From Thermodesulfobacteriota bacterium (GTDB lineage Bacteria; Desulfobacterota; Desulfobulbia; Desulfobulbales; SURF-16): DNA of 64,000 nucleotides. The stretch lies in the NCBI GenBank assembly GCA_040755455.1, contig JBFMAY010000001.1, positions 32,001-96,000 of the forward strand, given 5' to 3'. Below the pieces are notes generated by a model. That model did not search any database. It had not been told where the DNA came from and saw only the letters and a program-made list of their open reading frames with translations. A program made the translations under genes and the position numbers. Every line of letters begins with the position of its first letter. The first letter of the stretch is position 1. Positions 57,920-64,000 of this stretch are shown here, in pieces.

Positions 57920-60343
57920 ATGAAATTTACCTTTGACTGGCTGAGACAATTTGTTGACGTGAACATCACCCCGGCTGAACTGGCTGACCGGCTCACCATG
58001 GCCGGTCTGGAGGTTGACGCGGTTGAGGAGATTTTCGGCGGTCTTGCCGGCGTCAAGGTGGCTGAGATTCTCTCCGTCTCGCCCCATCCCGATGCCGACC
58101 GGCTGGTGGTCTGCCAGGTGGCGGTGGGCGAGGAGAAGGTGCAGGTGGTATGCGGAGCGCCCAATGCCAGGGCCGGCCTGTTCAGCGCCCTGGCCCTGCC
58201 CGGTGCTGTTCTGCCCTCCGGCATGACCATCAAAAAGAGCAAGATCCGCGGCCAGGCCTCCCAAGGCATGCTCTGCTCGGAAAAGGATCTGGGCATCAGT
58301 GACAATCACGGCGGCATCATGGAGCTTGACTGGCTGCATGAGTCGGGTGATGATCTGGCCCAGGCCCTGCAGCTCAGAGATACGGTCATCGAGGTTGATC
58401 TCACCCCCAATCGCCCTGACTGCACCTCGGTCATGGGCATCGGCCGGGAAAGCGCCGCCTTTTGCGGCACCTCCCTCACCCCGCCGGTGACCAGGCGGGA
58501 CAATCCCCGTCTTACTGGGGAAAACTGTGAATTCAGCGTCACCGTGGAACACGAGGACTGTCCCCGTTACGCGGCAAGAATCTTAAAGAACGTCAAAATC
58601 GGGCCATCGCCCTGGTGGCTCAGGAAGCGGTTGCTCGCCGTGGGGCAGCGGCCGATCAACAATGTGGTTGATGTCACCAACTTTGTCATGCTTGAATATG
58701 GCCAGCCGCTGCACGCCTTTGATTTCAAGAAGCTGCACGGCGGCGCCATTGTGGTCCGCCGGGCCAGGAACGGAGAGACCCTGACCACCCTGGACAATGT
58801 GGAAAGAAAGCTTGAGCCGGACATGCTGATGATCTGTGACGCCGAGCGTCCGGTGGCTGTTGCCGGGGTGATGGGCGGGGCCAACTCCGAGGTTGACCAG
58901 CACACCACCGAGGTGCTCCTCGAGTCCGCCTGTTTTGCGCCGGTGAGCGTCAGGCGCACCGCCAGGCGCCTTAACTTGGCCACCGAGGCATCCTACCGCT
59001 TTGAACGCGGGGTTGATCCGGAGCTGCCGCCCGTTGCCATGGAACGGGCGGTTCGTCTGCTTTGCGAGGTGGCCGGGGCAGAGGTGGTCGCGGGGGGGGT
59101 GGACCGGGCGGAAGGCGTCAAAAAGCGTGAACCCATCATGCTGCGGGTCAGCAGGGTGAAGGATCAGCTCGGCTATGATTTCACCCCCGGGGAGATCATA
59201 GCCCTGCTGTCTGCCATTGAAATCGAGGTCCAGCCGCTTGGCAACGACACACTGCAGGTTGCCCCGCCCAGTTTCCGCGTTGATCTCACGCGGGAGGTCG
59301 ATCTCATTGAAGAGGTGGCCCGCTTGAAGGGGTATAACGAGTTTCCCCAGACCATGCCGCTGGTGCCCATGTCGGCGGCCTGGCAGGACCCGGCCCGGAA
59401 ACTGCGGCAGGATATAGCCGCGGCCATGACCGGCCTTGGCTTTTATGAGGCGATCAACTACAGTTTCGTCACCCCCCGCCACGCGGACATGCTCGGCTTG
59501 GCCCCCGATGATGGCCGCAGAAAGACGGTGCAGCTGAAAAATCCGCTGGCTGAGGATCAGAGCGTGCTGCGTGCCATGCTGCTGCCCGGCCTGCTTGAAA
59601 ATGTGCGGCGCAACGTTAATTATCAGGTGGCGGATATCCGTCTTTTTGAGATCGGCAAATGTTTCGTGCCGGGCCCAGGTCTGGCGCAGCCGGAGGAGAA
59701 GACCTATCTCACCGCCGTGCTGAGCGGACGCAGGCTGCCGGGTGCCCCCCTTCTCCATATGGGGGAGGAAAAATGCGATATTTACGATGTCAAGGGTGTG
59801 CTGGAGACGCTGCTTGCCAGGCTTGGTTTTTCCGGTATCGGTTTTGCTCTCGCCCCTGAGGCGGTCGAGCCCTATTGCGAAGCTGACAGCTTTGCCCAAG
59901 TCAGCGTGCAGGGCAGGGTGCTGGGATGCTTTGCCCGGATTGCCAGGGAGTCGCTTCTGCTTTTCGGTATCAAGCAGGATGTCTATTTTCTTAATCTGCA
60001 TCTCGATGCGCTGCTTGCCGGGACCAAGGACACAAAACAATTCGTCTCACTGCCCAAGTTCCCGGCTGTGAAATGGGACATTGCCGTGGTCGTGCCCGAG
60101 CAGGTCCGGGTGGGTGAGATGGTCGAGTCGATCCGGCAGAGCGGCATCTCGCTCATTGAACAGGTCGAACTCTTTGACGTCTTTCGCGGCGGCGCCATCA
60201 GCAAGGGGATGAAGAGTGTCGCCGTCCAGGTTACCTACCGTTCGGCTGAGCAGACCCTTGATGACGAAACCGTTGGCCGGGAGCACCGGAAAATTATCGA
60301 TATGATCCTGACCCGTTTCAGCGGTCAGTTACGTGAGGTATAA
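57920..60343 (+). CDS. pheT: Phenylalanine--tRNA ligase beta subunit
   Basis: VCGAPN, TPNRPDC, GQPLHAFD, RFERGVD, DLIEEVAR. Confidence 0.98.
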   Translation: MKFTFDWLRQFVDVNITPAELADRLTMAGLEVDAVEEIFGGLAGVKVAEILSVSPHPDADRLVVCQVAVGEEKVQVVCGAPNARAGLFSALALPGAVLPSGMTIKKSKIRGQASQGMLCSEKDLGISDNHGGIMELDWLHESGDDLAQALQLRDTVIEVDLTPNRPDCTSVMGIGRESAAFCGTSLTPPVTRRDNPRLTGENCEFSVTVEHEDCPRYAARILKNVKIGPSPWWLRKRLLAVGQRPINNVVDVTNFVMLEYGQPLHAFDFKKLHGGAIVVRRARNGETLTTLDNVERKLEPDMLMICDAERPVAVAGVMGGANSEVDQHTTEVLLESACFAPVSVRRTARRLNLATEASYRFERGVDPELPPVAMERAVRLLCEVAGAEVVAGGVDRAEGVKKREPIMLRVSRVKDQLGYDFTPGEIIALLSAIEIEVQPLGNDTLQVAPPSFRVDLTREVDLIEEVARLKGYNEFPQTMPLVPMSAAWQDPARKLRQDIAAAMTGLGFYEAINYSFVTPRHADMLGLAPDDGRRKTVQLKNPLAEDQSVLRAMLLPGLLENVRRNVNYQVADIRLFEIGKCFVPGPGLAQPEEKTYLTAVLSGRRLPGAPLLHMGEEKCDIYDVKGVLETLLARLGFSGIGFALAPEAVEPYCEADSFAQVSVQGRVLGCFARIARESLLLFGIKQDVYFLNLHLDALLAGTKDTKQFVSLPKFPAVKWDIAVVVPEQVRVGEMVESIRQSGISLIEQVELFDVFRGGAISKGMKSVAVQVTYRSAEQTLDDETVGREHRKIIDMILTRFSGQLREV

Positions 60344-60348
60344 CTGTA

Positions 60349-60636
60349 ATGAAATCAAATCTCACCAGAAAGGAACTGGCCCAGGCGATTAATGAAAAAC
60401 TGGGTATTTCCCAGCGCAGCGCCGGCGAGCTGGTGGATCTCGTCTTTTCCACCCTGCGGCAGACCCTGCTGGATGAAGAGTCGGTAAAGCTCGTCCAGTT
60501 CGGCACCTTCACCGTAAGGAATAAATCGCCCCGCATGGGTAGAAATCCCCGCACCGGCGAAACCATGGAAATTGCCAAGCGCAGCATGGTGTCATTCAAG
60601 GCGAGCAAGAGTTTGCGGCAGAAAATCAATTCCTGA
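60349..60636 (+). CDS. ihfA: Integration host factor alpha subunit
   Basis: FGTF, RMGRNPRTGE; follows pheT. Confidence 0.9.
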   Translation: MKSNLTRKELAQAINEKLGISQRSAGELVDLVFSTLRQTLLDEESVKLVQFGTFTVRNKSPRMGRNPRTGETMEIAKRSMVSFKASKSLRQKINS

Positions 60637-60739
60637 GGTGGTTGATATTGTAAAAAATGAGGAAGAGTTTTTTGCGTGAAGATGTTACGATAGAAAGCGG
60701 AGTTGGCAGCCAAACGTAAATCTAAAGATAAGCGGATCA

Positions 60740-61153
60740 GTGACCGGCAAACCTCACAATCATATGGACAGCCACATTGGTGAGGAAACAGAACACCAAG
60801 GTGTCATTCCTGACAAGAGATACTTCAAGATTGGAGAGGTTTGCGAAATAGCGGGGGTCAAGCAGCATGTCCTGCGCTACTGGGAGTCCGAGTTCAAACA
60901 GCTGATCCGGCCCCAGCGCGCTTCCTCCAAGCAGCGCCTGTACCGGCGGGTTGATGTTGAAAATATTCTGCAAATCAAGAAGCTGCTGAAGGATGACGGC
61001 TTTACCATACCGGGCGCAAAAAAGCTGTTTGCCAGCAGAAAGGGCAATGAGCAGAAAGGGCAGCCGGAAAACAGGAATATGGATGTGAAGGTTTTTCTGG
61101 CTGACCTGAAAGCCGAACTACTCGTCATCCAGCAATTATTGCAGGATGAATGA
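60740..61153 (+). CDS. MerR family transcriptional regulator
   Basis: [29 protein letters not shown]; ihfA-merR-tRNA-Pro synteny. Confidence 0.9.
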   Translation: MTGKPHNHMDSHIGEETEHQGVIPDKRYFKIGEVCEIAGVKQHVLRYWESEFKQLIRPQRASSKQRLYRRVDVENILQIKKLLKDDGFTIPGAKKLFASRKGNEQKGQPENRNMDVKVFLADLKAELLVIQQLLQDE

Positions 61154-61245
61154 TGAGTTTGATGCAATGCTTCTTGACAGGTATTCATCCGCCATGCTAA
61201 ATAGGGCGATTGCAATTAAAAAAATGCATTATTAAAGAATAGGGT

Positions 61246-61322
61246 CGGGATGTAGCGCAGTCTGGTAGCGCACTTGAATGGGGTTCAAGGGGCCGGAGGT
61301 TCGAATCCTCTCATCCCGACCA
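61246..61322 (+). tRNA. tRNA-Pro(GGG)
   Basis: CTTGA-ATGGGGT-TCAAG anticodon arm; GGTTCGAATCC; 3' ACCA. Confidence 0.95.
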
Positions 61323-61331
61323 GTTTTAGCA

Positions 61332-61364
61332 AGGGGTTGTAGATTTTCTTCTACAGCCCTTTTT
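61332..61364 (+). terminator. Intrinsic terminator after tRNA-Pro
   Basis: AGGGGTTGTAGA / TCTACAGCCCTT stem running into a T-tract. Confidence 0.65.
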
Positions 61365-61423
61365 CTGTCCAGCCATTGTTCAGCTTTTTTTTTACGGTCC
61401 GCCCGGCCTCATCTCCTTAGCAC

Positions 61424-63004
61424 ATGAAAATTACCCAGACCAGACTCATCCTCGCGGCAGCACTCTTTTTCGTCGTCTTTGACAACCTTGCTTTTTTCAG
61501 GCATGTCCTGGAAGTTTATCCCGCCTCGCTGAAAAACATCGGTTTTCTGGCTTCCCTGTTTGTCGGCCTCACCGGCTTTATAACCCTGCTGCTCACCTTG
61601 GTCTGTTTCAGGTACACGACGAAGCCGGTTCTCATTCTCCTGCTGCTCACCTCATCGTTTGCCAGTTATTTCATGAATAACTACAACGTCGTCATCGACG
61701 ACACCATGATTCAGAATATGCTGCAGACGGATTTCAAAGAAGCTGCCGACCTGCTCAGCCTCAAATTGTTTATTTATTTCTCTCTGCTCGGTCTGTTGCC
61801 TGCGTTTTTTATCTACACAGCCCGGATTGCGCCCTTATCCTGGCGAAAATCGGCCATGGCAAGGATCAAGACAGGGGCAATCTCCGTGCTGATTGTTTTT
61901 GCGGTGATCCTTTGCTTCAGCAAGTTTTACTCTTCTTTTTTCCGGGAGCACAAGCCGCTGCGGTATTACACCAATCCGGTCTACTCTCTCTATTCAGTGG
62001 GCAAATATATCAACAAAACTTACTATAACGCCGCTGCGGGTGTTAAACTACTGGGCCAGGAAGCGCGGATACCGGCAACGGATATTGACAGGGAGCTGGT
62101 CATACTGGTGGTTGGCGAAGCGGCCCGGGCGGACCGGTTTTCGCTCAACGGCTACCCGCGGGAGACCAATCCCCTGCTCAAACAGGAGGAGGTTATCTCC
62201 TTTGCCAATATGTATTCATGCGGCACCTCGACGGCCTATTCCGTCCCCTGCATGTTTTCCTTTTTTGGCCAGGATAAATACAGCGACAGCAAAGGCCGGT
62301 CCACGGAAAATCTCCTCGATGTCATGAGCCATGCAGGAACCCATGTTTTATGGCGTGACAACAACTCGGACTCCAAGGGTGTTGCCCTCAGGGTGCCGTA
62401 TCAGGATTACAAGCAGCCGGAGATCAATCCTATATGCGATTTGGAATGCCGGGATGAGGGAATGCTGGTTGGCCTGCAGGAGTATATCGACGGCCAAAAG
62501 GAGGGAGATATCCTCATTGTCCTGCACCAGATGGGCAATCACGGCCCCGCCTATTACAAGCGGTACCCGGAAGCATTCGAGAAATTCACGCCGGTATGCC
62601 GGTCAAACCAGTTTGACGAGTGCACCAATGACGAGATCGGCAACGCCTACGACAATGCCATCCTGTACACGGATTATTTCCTGTCAAAGGTCCTGGCACT
62701 GCTCAAGAATAATTCGAGCCGCTTTGAAACAGCCATGGTCTACTTGAGCGATCATGGTGAATCCCTCGGTGAGTACGGCATCTATCTGCATGGCCTTCCC
62801 TATGCCATGGCACCTGATCCGCAGAAGCATGTCGGCGCGCTCTTTTGGTTTGGCGAGAGCTTTAAGATAGATACAAACGCACTGCGGAGCAAATCAACAA
62901 AACGTTTTTCCCAGGATAATCTTTTTCACACCATACTGGGGTTGTTTGAGGTGGAAACAACCGTTTACGATAAAAGCCTGGACATCATCAATTACGACCA
63001 CTGA
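61424..63004 (+). CDS. eptA: Lipid A phosphoethanolamine transferase (EptA/MCR family)
   Basis: 5-TM N-domain; VVGEAARAD, SCGTSTAYSVPCMFS, HQMGNHGPAY, SDHGESLGE. Confidence 0.93.
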   Translation: MKITQTRLILAAALFFVVFDNLAFFRHVLEVYPASLKNIGFLASLFVGLTGFITLLLTLVCFRYTTKPVLILLLLTSSFASYFMNNYNVVIDDTMIQNMLQTDFKEAADLLSLKLFIYFSLLGLLPAFFIYTARIAPLSWRKSAMARIKTGAISVLIVFAVILCFSKFYSSFFREHKPLRYYTNPVYSLYSVGKYINKTYYNAAAGVKLLGQEARIPATDIDRELVILVVGEAARADRFSLNGYPRETNPLLKQEEVISFANMYSCGTSTAYSVPCMFSFFGQDKYSDSKGRSTENLLDVMSHAGTHVLWRDNNSDSKGVALRVPYQDYKQPEINPICDLECRDEGMLVGLQEYIDGQKEGDILIVLHQMGNHGPAYYKRYPEAFEKFTPVCRSNQFDECTNDEIGNAYDNAILYTDYFLSKVLALLKNNSSRFETAMVYLSDHGESLGEYGIYLHGLPYAMAPDPQKHVGALFWFGESFKIDTNALRSKSTKRFSQDNLFHTILGLFEVETTVYDKSLDIINYDH

Positions 63005-63121
63005 AGCCGTCAGGCTTAACGCCTGTCCTGGTTGCCGCTATTCGCATCCCGATCAGCATCTCTGAAATACGCTATGAGATTAATAGGTTAACTGTCTAAG
63101 ATTTGTACATAATGGACTGGG

Positions 63122-63165
63122 TGGGGTTCAAGGGTCCGCAGGCTCGAATCCTCTCATCCTGACCA
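63122..63165 (+). repeat. Degenerate direct repeat of the tRNA-Pro 3' half (att-like)
   Basis: 40 of 44 nt identical to 61279-61322. Confidence 0.88.
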
Positions 63166-63176
63166 AGTAATACCTG

Positions 63177-63217
63177 AAGGGGGTTAGCTCAAGATGAGTT
63201 ACCCCCCCCTTTTTTTT
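63177..63217 (+). terminator. Terminator after the tRNA fragment
   Basis: GGGGGTTAGCTC / GAGTTACCCCC stem followed by T-run. Confidence 0.65.
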
Positions 63218-63483
63218 GCTGTACGACCTATAAACATGAACCTATGGGGAAAGTCCCTTTGGATGATCCTGTTAAGCGAAGTGAGTGTAAGTGGCGAAAC
63301 ATTCTGGGAAAAAATGGGGCCGGAATCAGCTCTCTATAAAGGGGTGGATCTGATATTTACTGAAATTAAAAAATGCATACTGCGACATCTCACCACATTG
63401 ACTTGGGTAAAATTAAGTTCTATTTGTTGCGGAGGTGATCTCGGAATGGGTTAGGGTTTTTCTGAAAAATAAGGGGGTGTACA

Positions 63484-63987
63484 GTGAAAAAAGTAATTTC
63501 TGGTTTTGTAACCTGTTGTTTTCTTATGAACTTAACAGCATGCGCTACAATCGTTGGCGACAAGAATCAGCTGCTTGGAATCAATAGCAATCCCGATAAG
63601 GCAACTGTATCCATTCAAGATGAAATGGGAAAGGATGTCTTCTCTGGTGAAACTCCCCTGACGGTAACTCTTAAGAAGGGGGATGGGTATTTCCACGGCA
63701 AAGATTACACTATTAAAATTGCGAAGCCAGGATATATTGAGCAGGTAATCACTGTAGAGAGCAAGGCCAACGGGTGGTATATTTTAGGCAACTTGTTGTT
63801 TGGCGGGTTAATTGGCTATCTCATTGTTGATCCTGCCACGGGAGCCATGTGGAATTTGACTCCGGATCAAATCGATACAACTCTGGAAGAAAATAAAACG
63901 AGCAGCAATGACATGATGAATTTGCGTATCGTCCTTCTTGAAGATGTTCCGGATAATTTGAAAGATAAAATGATAAGGATCAACTGA
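63484..63987 (+). CDS. PEGA-like domain lipoprotein
   Basis: Lipobox LTAC-ATI; INSNPDKA, GETP, IVDPATGAMW. Confidence 0.8.
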   Translation: MKKVISGFVTCCFLMNLTACATIVGDKNQLLGINSNPDKATVSIQDEMGKDVFSGETPLTVTLKKGDGYFHGKDYTIKIAKPGYIEQVITVESKANGWYILGNLLFGGLIGYLIVDPATGAMWNLTPDQIDTTLEENKTSSNDMMNLRIVLLEDVPDNLKDKMIRIN

Positions 63988-64000
63988 GCCGTTGGGGGTG

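Noticed and set aside
63122..63165. Second functional tRNA-Pro
   Set aside because: Lacks the 5' half and has a T-loop mutation (GGCTCG); treated as an att remnant.
63194..63454. 86-aa ORF after the att-like repeat
   Set aside because: Starts inside a terminator hairpin and has no recognisable motifs; not integrase-like.

Overview
Chromosomal window from a GC-rich anaerobe, most likely Desulfobacterota (Desulfobulbales-like; inferred from gene content and synteny). The right third is conserved core: tadA-tRNA-Ser-ffs-dnaX-ybaB-recR, then tRNA-Val-thrS-infC-rpmI-rplT-pheS-pheT-ihfA-merR-tRNA-Pro. The most notable region is 17.0-24.3 kb, a candidate cytochrome-nanowire locus behind a predicted sigma-54 promoter. 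It encodes a PEP-CTERM-anchored P-domain protein, an octaheme OmcZ homolog, an OzpA-like subtilase, a PpiC foldase, a tetraheme 'half-OmcZ' paralog and a heptaheme OmcS-like cytochrome. Other points of interest: a further multiheme cytochrome next to a stand-alone Cache protein and an MCP; a 32-aa membrane ORF coupled to an NSS transporter and missed by the ORF track; an E. coli-type -1 frameshift site in dnaX; an eptA gene bracketed by tRNA-Pro and a degenerate copy of its 3' half; an EndoQ-UvrD fusion; and several long inverted repeats. All homology calls come from motif reading and recalled reference sequences, not from database searches.
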